32,000 bases of DNA. It comes from Propionibacteriaceae bacterium. GTDB taxonomy: Bacteria; Actinomycetota; Actinomycetes; Propionibacteriales; Propionibacteriaceae. Within the stretch, counting starts at the first letter, position 1; each line of letters starts with the position of its first letter. The stretch is from assembly GCA_031256725.1 (NCBI GenBank), contig JAIRQE010000015.1, forward strand, positions 1 through 32,000, in the 5' to 3' direction. Position numbers and translations under genes: made by a program. Below, one piece after another: positions 13,800 to 21,524 of this stretch. The notes beneath the pieces were generated by a model that did not search any database, was not told the origin of the DNA, and worked only from the letters and a program-made list of their open reading frames with translations.

Positions 13800-15356
13800 T
13801 TATGAGGAGGTTGTGATCTCCGCAACCTGCTCTGTGTACATTTGCTGTTCGTCGTTCGACAGTACAGCCACAGCAGCTTCAGCACGGAAGGAACTGCCCG
13901 TTGAAGGTTCGATAACAACGAGTGTTGCAATACCCTCATCAGAGACCTCCAGGTGTACCTGGATGGGGTCACCCTCGTTCATGGGGGGAAGACCGCTGAT
14001 GGTTGTGGTTACCCCAGATGCCATGGGCTTGTTCATCTTAGGATCTGGTGATTCAACATTACCTTCTTGCTCGAAGAGGGGACATTCGACACTTTGCTGT
14101 CCATCACGGATGATCTGAGCCTCCAAGACCCTGGGCGGATCCAAGGGGATCCTTTCCTGAGCGTGAGCAAGAAACTCAATGTATTCCACCCATGCCCCGT
14201 CATTATTCTTCTTCACGAGTTGAACACCGAGGCCACGAGAAAGAACATTGGTCACAACCGTACGTGCAGGAACCGCCTGATCATTCGTCCACGGTACTTC
14301 GCCTTGCCCATAGATGGCTGCACCCTTAGCAACCGACAGATCATAGTCGGTACGCTCCCATGCGAATCCTGCATCCGTCAAAGCCGTTTCAATCATCGGC
14401 ATACGCGAGGATCCACCAACGAGAAGGAGCCGATCAATGGTGAGGCCTGGTACCTTCTTCTGGGCAATACCCACAACCCTCTTTGTAATCTCGATGGTCT
14501 GAGTGACGAGGTCGGCGGCCGCGGCTTCAAACTCTTCGCGAGTAACCTCGACGTTCTCCTTCTTGTCCTCATAACGCAAAAGCAACTTCCATGAGTTGAG
14601 CTTGGTGAGCATCTTCTTGGCCTCTTCAACACTGAGCCTCAACTCAGTCATGAACTCCTCATCTTGGGAAGGGTCCTTATCTGGACCGAGTCCTGCTTGG
14701 GCCTTGAACTTTTCGAGGTACACCGACTCAAGACATGCATCCCAATCGGCCCCACCAAGAAGACGGTTCCCATCAATAGCAATAACGTCGACGCTTCCAG
14801 CCTTGGCGTTGAGGATGGTGGTGTCGAAGGTACCTCCACCCAGATCGAAGATCAGGAATGTTTGCTCCTCTTCCTGACGGGTACCCAAGGAGATCGCAGC
14901 AGCAACCGGTTCCGGGATGATCCCCACAACCTCAAGACCAGCAATCTCGCCAGCTTGTTTGGTGGCCTGCCTCTCCTGGATACCGAAGTATGCGGGAACA
15001 GTGATGACCGCTTTCGTGATGTCGAGTCCATTTTGACTGTTGGCGTTACTGACCAACTCTTTGAGGATGAGTGCCGAAATGGATTCGGGGGTGTGTACCT
15101 GGCCTCGGAATTTCCGAAGGTATTCGGTACCTATATGACGCTTGATAAGGGAGCAAGCATTTTCCGGGTCGCTCACCTGGACATGCTTGGCTTGGGAGCC
15201 GACCACGACCGTACCGTCTTCGTTGAAGTACACAACAGAAGCCGTCGTATCGTCCCCCAAGAAATTCTTGACGATATTAGGAAGTACGCCATCATTTACT
15301 AGGGCTATGGCCGAATATGTGGTTCCTAGATCAATTCCGTAAACCTTGTCACTCAT
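13800..15356 (-). CDS. Non-canonical Hsp70-family protein (nucleotide-binding domain plus beta substrate-binding domain, no helical lid)
   Basis: MSDKVYGIDLGTTYSAIA..., VITVPAYF, FDLGGGTFDTTIL and LLLVGGSSRMPMI are the Hsp70 phosphate, adenosine and connect motifs. A beta-sandwich-like C-terminus follows (VLSRGLGVQL...PIQVHLEVSDEGIATLVVIE). The protein ends after 518 aa, with no alpha-lid or EEVD-type tail. The ATG at 15356 overlaps the upstream gene by 8 nt. The ORF is open to 15590. Confidence 0.85.
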   Translation of the reverse strand: MSDKVYGIDLGTTYSAIALVNDGVLPNIVKNFLGDDTTASVVYFNEDGTVVVGSQAKHVQVSDPENACSLIKRHIGTEYLRKFRGQVHTPESISALILKELVSNANSQNGLDITKAVITVPAYFGIQERQATKQAGEIAGLEVVGIIPEPVAAAISLGTRQEEEQTFLIFDLGGGTFDTTILNAKAGSVDVIAIDGNRLLGGADWDACLESVYLEKFKAQAGLGPDKDPSQDEEFMTELRLSVEEAKKMLTKLNSWKLLLRYEDKKENVEVTREEFEAAAADLVTQTIEITKRVVGIAQKKVPGLTIDRLLLVGGSSRMPMIETALTDAGFAWERTDYDLSVAKGAAIYGQGEVPWTNDQAVPARTVVTNVLSRGLGVQLVKKNNDGAWVEYIEFLAHAQERIPLDPPRVLEAQIIRDGQQSVECPLFEQEGNVESPDPKMNKPMASGVTTTISGLPPMNEGDPIQVHLEVSDEGIATLVVIEPSTGSSFRAEAAVAVLSNDEQQMYTEQVAEITTSS

Positions 15357-16512
15357 ATTGATGATCTCCTTCTTGACCGGGTTGCGGGTAGACGGTTGAT
15401 TCCCCGGGCTCCTGCCCTGGGAAAGAGGATAGCGTCTCCAGTGATTGTACTGTCTGTTGCCACTGAGTTGGTTCATCTGGCCACGAAGATGGCTGATTCC
15501 AGTGGGTTTGCGCCTCTTCCATTGGGGCAGGGGGATTGTCGTACTCGGGTTGGTTGTCGTATTGATGGGGGTCGTGAATCTCGCCCTCATTCACACTGGG
15601 AATAGGTACCTCTGAGGCCGATTCGGGGTCGAAACGATAGACCGCAACCTGTGCTGGGAGGAAGGCCTGCTCGGAGCCAACCGATATGAGGCCTTGTCGC
15701 GCGACTTTCGCGATAGTCCAGTCCTGGTCTTCGTGGGCCGTAGGTACGGTTCTCATCGCGGAATGAACAGTTCGGTCGAAACCAACCCCGATTCTCGCGC
15801 CCACTGAGTGGACTCCCATGAGTTCCAACGTGGCTTGAAGGGTTTCGCGGAAATAGTCGAACTCCACTTCGGCCTTGTACCCCTCACCATGGCTGCGTGC
15901 AAGCTCGGCAGCATCCGCGCTCTGGGTCAAAAGGATGGCAAGCCTTTGGAAAGCCGGGCTGAGAAGCTGATGTACCTGATCAGTCTGAAGGGTTTCAATC
16001 CTGGACTGGAGTTGCTGTACGAGATTTTCATAAAACTCTGCACGAGCAGTCGCCGCCTGAACGCTCGCTTGGGTCGCCTTGATAAGCTCCGCGAGGTCAG
16101 CATTCGTGACCTCTTCTAGATCCCAAGAATCATCGTAGGTATCGGTGTCTGGATTCTCATCCGTTGTAGTGTCGATTTCGTTTGTATCGTGGGTTTCGTT
16201 CTCGGTGTTGTCACCGTTTTCCGAGTCTAGATTCTCGTTGTTTTCCTCAGTACCGTTTTCTTCAGTACCGTTGCTTTCTTCAGTACTACCCCACGGGTCA
16301 GGCTCGGCCACGGTACTGGGTTGCTGAGCTTCATTCCATGGCTCATATGGCTGATGATTCTCGGCATGGTTGGGTTGTTCAGCTTCATTCCACGGTTCGT
16401 AAGGCTGGGAATTCTCGACGTGGCTGGGTTCGTTCCACGGTACAGGCGCTGGATGTTCGTGAAATTCATTCGCAAATTCATTTCCGAATCCAGGCTCGTG
16501 ATTATCCTCCAT
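15349..16512 (-). CDS. GrpE-like nucleotide-exchange-factor homolog with long acidic/repeat N-terminal and Q/P-rich C-terminal tails
   Basis: The central region of about 170 aa has GrpE-like organisation: a long helix (LIKATQASVQAATARAEFYENLVQQLQSRIETLQ), then LELMGVHSVGARIGVGFDRTVHSAMRTV...IAKVARQGLISVGSEQAFLPAQVAVYRF (compare GrpE G..FDP..HeA...v..v...Gy....v.RpA.V.V). An RBS (AAGGA) precedes the ATG at 16512. Confidence 0.6.
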   Translation of the reverse strand: MEDNHEPGFGNEFANEFHEHPAPVPWNEPSHVENSQPYEPWNEAEQPNHAENHQPYEPWNEAQQPSTVAEPDPWGSTEESNGTEENGTEENNENLDSENGDNTENETHDTNEIDTTTDENPDTDTYDDSWDLEEVTNADLAELIKATQASVQAATARAEFYENLVQQLQSRIETLQTDQVHQLLSPAFQRLAILLTQSADAAELARSHGEGYKAEVEFDYFRETLQATLELMGVHSVGARIGVGFDRTVHSAMRTVPTAHEDQDWTIAKVARQGLISVGSEQAFLPAQVAVYRFDPESASEVPIPSVNEGEIHDPHQYDNQPEYDNPPAPMEEAQTHWNQPSSWPDEPTQWQQTVQSLETLSSFPGQEPGESTVYPQPGQEGDHQYE

Positions 16513-16544
16513 GGGAGTTCCTTACTCGTTGTATCCCCATTTTT

Positions 16545-16565
16545 CTTGAGTCAGAAGGACTCTGC
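16545..16565. promoter_or_regulatory. HAIR-like (HspR operator-like) imperfect inverted repeat upstream of the grpE-like/hsp70-like pair
   Basis: CTTGAGT-cagaagg-ACTCTGC compared with the HAIR consensus CTTGAGT-N7-ACTCAAG: the left half matches 7/7, the right half 4/7, and the spacing is exact. It lies 33-53 nt upstream of the ATG at 16512. Confidence 0.3.
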
Positions 16566-16788
16566 GTCAGCTGTACCGCAATTCTGCTGCCCACCGCCGT
16601 ACAGGGGTCTGACACACATAGAATGATACTCGAATCCTTTAGGTGGAACCAGATCCGTGGACGCCCATGGATGATGCTGTGCCTTGGATTTGTGACAATG
16701 GTTTAGGCCCATTCAGCGCGGGTACTCCCGAATGCTCTTCTCGTGAGGTTATGATCGTTGTATATAAGTTTCCTTGAAAGGTATCATA

Positions 16789-18093
16789 ATGGATCACATC
16801 GGACCCCAGAAATATGTAATCCCAATAGGGATCGTTCTAGTCATTTCATGCGTTTTCGGCGTGATGATGTACCCGTTGTTGAACTCAGCTCCCAAAGAGG
16901 TACCGTTGGCAATCCTCTCCCTGGATAAGGGTATGACCACACCTGCAGGCGACGTCAATATGGGTGAAGCCATGGTCAATCAGATGGTTATGGGTGCTGC
17001 GACCAGCGAGGATGCGCCCATTGCATGGAGCAAGTTCGATACCCAGGCATCCCTGGATAAAGCTATGGATGACAATGAATTCTATGCTGCAGTGATTATC
17101 CCGACTGAATTCACAGTCACGAAGATCGCCTCACAGGCGTCGGGAGCCACACCTGAAATACCTCAGTCGACACCATCTGAAACTCCGACTTCGACACCAA
17201 CGGATTCCGTCACACCAAGCACCCCGACTTCCACTCCATCAGGTACCGAGACCCCATCATCGACTGAAACTCCTCCTAGTGCCACTGAAACCCCGGCAGC
17301 TCCAGCAACAACGAAACCTGAAGAGCCGGTTGAAGAACCCGCATCACCGACTGCTCCTGCGACTTCCCTGCCCGTGAAACTGATCATCAACCAAGGCAAG
17401 AGTCCTATGTTGGCTGCCCAGATGCAATCCGCACTCACGACTCAGCTTGCACAAACTGGACTCACGGTTGAAGTTGAGACCATCAATGCAGCCAATGTTG
17501 GTACAGGATTTGGTGCGATGATGTCTGGCAATATTCTCACCATGCCACTGTTCATGATGAGCGCAATGTGTGCAATCCTTCTGGGTCTGATCTTCCGCCC
17601 GAAGCCCGGATCTGGCCCTGGGGGCCGCCTCGGGCAGTACTTCCTACAGATACTTTATGGCGCTGTGGTTGCGGGCCTCATCGGTGCAGCCGGTGTTGCG
17701 ATCCTCAAATGGGCAGGTGGGGTGGACGTACCCCTCATCCCATTAGTGACCTTCCTATCTGTGGCAAGCATGTGCCTGATCACCTTATTCCAGGGCTTCT
17801 TCAATCTCGCGCGTCCGCTCGGTGTCTTGGTTGTACTGACCTGCTTCGCCTGCGGCATGTCCACCGGTATGCTTCCCCGTGAGATGCTCCCCGAGTTCTG
17901 GCAGAACTGGGTCTATCCTTGGGCCCCCCAACGCTATGTCAGCCAAGGCGCTGGCTCCATCCTGTACATGGGTAAAGGTGCTTTGAACCCTTCAATCATT
18001 CCTTTGATCATCATGGGGGCCATTGGTCTCGTACTCATGATCCTTCGAGGCGCTATTGGCCGTAAAGCTGTTGAGTCCACGACGTCCAGTTAG
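16789..18093 (+). CDS. YhgE/Pip-family membrane protein (short form with a Pro/Thr/Ser-rich linker)
   Basis: An N-terminal TM helix is followed by a short extracellular segment, a PT-rich low-complexity stretch (STPSETPTSTPTDSVTPSTPTSTPSGTETPSSTETPPSATETPAAPATT...), and a C-terminal block of about 5 TM helices, as in ABC-2/YhgE-Pip proteins. The ATG is at 16789; a TTG lies at 16774. Confidence 0.65.
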   Translation: MDHIGPQKYVIPIGIVLVISCVFGVMMYPLLNSAPKEVPLAILSLDKGMTTPAGDVNMGEAMVNQMVMGAATSEDAPIAWSKFDTQASLDKAMDDNEFYAAVIIPTEFTVTKIASQASGATPEIPQSTPSETPTSTPTDSVTPSTPTSTPSGTETPSSTETPPSATETPAAPATTKPEEPVEEPASPTAPATSLPVKLIINQGKSPMLAAQMQSALTTQLAQTGLTVEVETINAANVGTGFGAMMSGNILTMPLFMMSAMCAILLGLIFRPKPGSGPGGRLGQYFLQILYGAVVAGLIGAAGVAILKWAGGVDVPLIPLVTFLSVASMCLITLFQGFFNLARPLGVLVVLTCFACGMSTGMLPREMLPEFWQNWVYPWAPQRYVSQGAGSILYMGKGALNPSIIPLIIMGAIGLVLMILRGAIGRKAVESTTSS

Positions 18094-18128
18094 AACTGCC
18101 GTCTATAGTTGTGGACCCATGGAAGGAA

Positions 18129-18908
18129 TCACAACAGGGACAAGAGTTCCTCTGCTCCCGATAGTACGTAGTCCGAACGGAAGGGGAAGGTCTCGATATC
18201 CGCCTCGCTCGTGACCCCGGTGAGTACCAGGACGGTTGTTAGCCCAGCTTCCATACCAGCGATGATGTCGGTATCCATGCGATCCCCGATCATGACCGTG
18301 GTTTCGGAGTGGGCCTCAATCTGGTTCATTGCTGAGCGGAACATCATCGGATTGGGTTTGCCCACAACATAGGGTGTACGGTTCGTGGCAGCTGTGATCA
18401 TCGCAGCCACAGCACCAGTGGCAGGCAGTATCCCATCCATACTGGGCCCGGTGGTGTCAGGATTCGTGGAGATAAACCGCGCGCCATCACAGATCAGACG
18501 TACAGCAGTGGTGATTGTCTCGAAAGAATAATTCCGAGTCTCACCCAAGACCACATAATCCGGATCAGTGTCGGTCAGTACGAACCCAGCATCATGGAGA
18601 GCTGTGGTGAGACCCGCTTCGCCGATTGCATACGCGGTCTTATTTCCGTGCTGTTTCTTAAGGAAGGAGGCGGTTGCCATTGCCGAGGTCCAGATGTTCT
18701 CCTCAGGGATGTTCAACCCTGATCGCGCGAGGCGCGCAGCTAGATCACGAGCAGTGAAAATCGAGTTGTTTGTAAGTACAAGAAAACGACGGGAGGTGGC
18801 CACCCAGCGATCAATCAGTTCTATAGCTCCAGGTAGGGGCGTCTCTTCGCGGACAAGTACCCCATCCATATCGGTCAAAAAGCATTCCATGTCGGCAATC
18901 GTTTTCAT
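18129..18908 (-). CDS. HAD-IIA family hydrolase (NagD-like sugar-phosphatase)
   Basis: Contains FLTDMDGVL (the DxDG nucleophile motif), LTNNS and GDRMDTDI, the HAD motifs I-IV with a IIA-type cap. Confidence 0.85.
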   Translation of the reverse strand: MKTIADMECFLTDMDGVLVREETPLPGAIELIDRWVATSRRFLVLTNNSIFTARDLAARLARSGLNIPEENIWTSAMATASFLKKQHGNKTAYAIGEAGLTTALHDAGFVLTDTDPDYVVLGETRNYSFETITTAVRLICDGARFISTNPDTTGPSMDGILPATGAVAAMITAATNRTPYVVGKPNPMMFRSAMNQIEAHSETTVMIGDRMDTDIIAGMEAGLTTVLVLTGVTSEADIETFPFRSDYVLSGAEELLSLL

Positions 18909-18966
18909 GCCCCTAGTCTTTCACCTCTACCCAAGCAAGCACCTAATTCTCACGATTCCCACGCAC

Positions 18967-20037
18967 TCACGCGAAACTGGATTGGGACCAGATGTTGATC
19001 CCAGCATCAGCAGAATGAGCATCAATACGTGCAAGAGTTGCCTCATCAAGATCCAGATTCTGGAGGGCTCCCACGGTGTCTTCAAGTTGCTCGATACTGG
19101 AGGCACCCACGAGCGCAGAGGTCACAACCTGTTGACGCAGTACCCAGGCGATCGCCAACTGGGCTAAGGTTTGCCCACGCTCGGCAGCAATCTCATTCAA
19201 GGCCCGTACCAAAGTCAGATTCTTGTCGCTCAGCATATCGTCGCGCCAGCTTGGTGACCCGGTCGCACGGGAGCCGGCTGGTACCCCGTGAAGGTAGCGG
19301 CCTGTCAGCAGACCCTGTGCCAGCGGGGAGAAGACGATCGCGCCCAACTGTTCGTCTGCAAGTACGTCCACCAGTGTCTCGCCACGGCTTCCATCCTCAC
19401 CCGGATGGGGTTCCTCAATCCAGCGGTTCAGAATCGAGTACGAAGGCTGATGGATGAGTGCGGGCGTACCCAGATCCCTGAGGATAGCTAGGGCTTCTCG
19501 GGTACGCGGCGCCGAATAGGATGAGATACCAATATAGCGTGCCTTGCCGGATCTGACGGCATAGTCGAGTGCGCCCATGGTCTCCTCTAGGGGAGTGTCC
19601 GGGTCGAAGCGATGAGAATAGAAGATGTCAACATAGTCGAGTTTCATGCGGCACAAAGAGTCGTCGAGCGAATCCAGGAGGTACTTGCGCGAACCCCACT
19701 CCCCGTAGGGTCCGGGCCACATCCTGTACCCTGCCTTTGTAGAGATCACCAATTCGTGACGGTACGCCGCGAAGCTGCGTTGCATGTGTCGTGCGAAGTT
19801 CGCCTCAGCTGCCCCCGGTGGCGGGCCATAGTTGTTCGCCAGATCAAAGTGGGTGATCCCCATGTCAAAGGCACGACGCAGGATCCCTTCTTGCACATCG
19901 AAGGCCACCCCGTCCCCGAAGTTCTGCCACAATCCGAAACTGATTCCTGGAAGCATCAGGCCACTACGCCCACAACGCCTGTACACCATCTGATCATATC
20001 GATGATCCTTGGGAAGATAAGCCGATGAGATAAGCAT
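18967..20037 (-). CDS. Aldo/keto reductase, YghZ (L-glyceraldehyde-3-phosphate reductase)-like
   Basis: The N-terminus ...HRYDQMVYRRCGRSGLMLPGISFGLWQNFGD parallels E. coli YghZ ERYGQMQYRYCGKSGLRLPALSLGLWHNFGH. AKR motifs run throughout. Confidence 0.85.
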   Translation of the reverse strand: MLISSAYLPKDHRYDQMVYRRCGRSGLMLPGISFGLWQNFGDGVAFDVQEGILRRAFDMGITHFDLANNYGPPPGAAEANFARHMQRSFAAYRHELVISTKAGYRMWPGPYGEWGSRKYLLDSLDDSLCRMKLDYVDIFYSHRFDPDTPLEETMGALDYAVRSGKARYIGISSYSAPRTREALAILRDLGTPALIHQPSYSILNRWIEEPHPGEDGSRGETLVDVLADEQLGAIVFSPLAQGLLTGRYLHGVPAGSRATGSPSWRDDMLSDKNLTLVRALNEIAAERGQTLAQLAIAWVLRQQVVTSALVGASSIEQLEDTVGALQNLDLDEATLARIDAHSADAGINIWSQSSFA

Positions 20038-20138
20038 CCAAAACTCCTTGTCGCACAGAGGTTAGGCGAGTACACATAACCAGAGTTCTATAGTACGAGC
20101 AACTGGCCTTCGTGACAATGAGAACTCCGAATATTGTT

Positions 20139-20284
20139 GGTGGTGTGTGCGACTGTGCTCGCTGCGGACACAAGACCAAATCGCGAAGCGATTTTGTCGA
20201 AGTTAAGAGAGCCGGTGGTACGCTTGCGACCACCGAAGCGAACCTACCCCGCAATGAGTAATGAATTACAGTCGCACACCCACC
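20139..20284. other. Unassigned structured element of about 146 nt closed by an 18-bp stem
   Basis: GGTGGTGTGTGCGACTGT (20139-20156) pairs with ACAGTCGCACACCCACC (20268-20284), giving 12 bp, a one-nt bulge and 6 bp. There are two internal hairpins: aaatcgc-gaa-gcgattt and ggtggt-acgcttgcg-accacc. It lies between the divergent AKR and CaCA genes. Confidence 0.5.
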
Positions 20285-20315
20285 ACATGGGAAATATGGG
20301 GGCTCAGGGGACTGT

Positions 20316-20355
20316 ATCTCCTGACACCCATCAAGATCTCCTGACACCCATCAAG
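20316..20355. repeat. Perfect 20-bp tandem duplication
   Basis: ATCTCCTGACACCCATCAAG occurs twice, at 20316-20335 and 20336-20355. It contains the TCTCCTGACAC 11-mer that also forms the palindrome at 31695-31720. Confidence 0.9.
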
Positions 20356-20425
20356 GTGGACATCTGTGTCTTGCAAGAACCAATTTCGGTATCCTTGAGG
20401 TCCGAGAAAGTGAATGTGAGCCTTT

Positions 20426-21406
20426 GTGAATATTGTCTACCTTGTCCTTGGCCTGATGGCTTTGATCATTGGCGCGCAACTTGTGGTTCGATTTGGGTCT
20501 GCGTTGGCGCGGCGGTTGAATATGTCGCCCATCATCATCGGCTTGACGATCGTATCCATTGGTACCTCCCTGCCTGAGTTTGCGGTCAGTGTCCAGGGGA
20601 TGGTGATCGGCTCAGGGGATCTCGTACTCGGCAACATCGTGGGTACTAATATCGTTAACCTGTTACTTATCCTCGGGTTGGCGGGGCTCATCCGCCCCAT
20701 TGACATCCATCACGGTACCCTCAAACTCGACCTACCAGCCATGGTGGTCGCCTCGCTACTGCTGTGGGTTGTCGCGATGTGGGATGGGGATCTGACAACC
20801 ATTGAGGGTGCGATCCTGCTAGCATTCGGCATCGCGTACATCTGGCGCGTGATCGCCACAGCCCGTTCGAGGAATGTACTCGTCAACGGCGCTGAGCCTG
20901 AGCATGAGTTCGACAACAAGCCACTTCATCCTGGGAAGAAGTACGCCCTCCTTGACGTGGGCCTGCTCCTGATCGGGCTCGTCATCATCGTTGTTGGTGC
21001 GGAGTTCATGGTTGATGGTGCTGTGGGTCTCGCCAAAAACCTTGGGCTATCGGAGACATTGATCGGCCTCACGGTGGTCGCCATTGGTACCTCAGCTCCC
21101 GAACTTGCCACCACGATCATGAGTACCATCCGTGGTGAGCGTTCCATCGCCATCGGCAACCTCATCGGTTCCTCAACCCTGAACCTCACGATCATCCTCG
21201 GCGGGGCTTTGATGTTCGGACCATTCAGCATACCCATCGATCATTCGCTGATCTTCTTCGATCTGCCCATCATGGTTGGCGTCGCTGTGGCATGTGTACC
21301 GATTTTCATCCTGGGCAAGAACGTCAACCGCATCGAAGGCGCCCTCATGGTCGGGGCCTACCTTGCGTACCTCACCTTCCTAATTGTGAAAGCCACGACT
21401 GGGTAG
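20426..21406 (+). CDS. Calcium/sodium (CaCA family, YrbG-like) antiporter
   Basis: Two alpha-repeat signatures (GTSLPEF and GTSAPEL) in a 326-aa protein of about 10 TM helices. GTG start at 20426. Confidence 0.85.
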   Translation: MNIVYLVLGLMALIIGAQLVVRFGSALARRLNMSPIIIGLTIVSIGTSLPEFAVSVQGMVIGSGDLVLGNIVGTNIVNLLLILGLAGLIRPIDIHHGTLKLDLPAMVVASLLLWVVAMWDGDLTTIEGAILLAFGIAYIWRVIATARSRNVLVNGAEPEHEFDNKPLHPGKKYALLDVGLLLIGLVIIVVGAEFMVDGAVGLAKNLGLSETLIGLTVVAIGTSAPELATTIMSTIRGERSIAIGNLIGSSTLNLTIILGGALMFGPFSIPIDHSLIFFDLPIMVGVAVACVPIFILGKNVNRIEGALMVGAYLAYLTFLIVKATTG

Positions 21407-21524
21407 TCAACTATTGTATCAATTTCCATAGTATGAGGCTAAGAGTGCGGATTTTAGACCTTCTCAAAACAGATGTATCTTATCCACTAGGATTAATAAG
21501 ACTAGTTTCAGATGAAGGAGAAAT

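Noticed and set aside
13800-15590. The 596-aa version of the Hsp70 ORF, with a 78-aa N-terminal extension
   Set aside because: The extension overlaps the 3' end of the GrpE-like gene in another frame. The Hsp70 family N-terminus (M..V.GIDLGTT) begins at the ATG at 15356.
20118-20261. 47-codon Cys-rich ORF (CDCARCGH...) that could be a small zinc-ribbon protein
   Set aside because: There is no Shine-Dalgarno sequence. The span coincides with an extensive inverted-repeat structure, and the Cys pattern does not match a complete CxxC...CxxC ribbon. I kept it only as a note within the structured-element finding.
20290-20425. Possible yybP-ykoY (Mn2+) type riboswitch upstream of the cation antiporter (GGGGAC..., ..GACAC.., ..GCAAGAACC)
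   Set aside because: The hallmark GGGGAGUAG and UUGACAUA loops are not present, and a perfect 20-bp tandem duplication interrupts the region. The resemblance is too weak without a covariance-model score.
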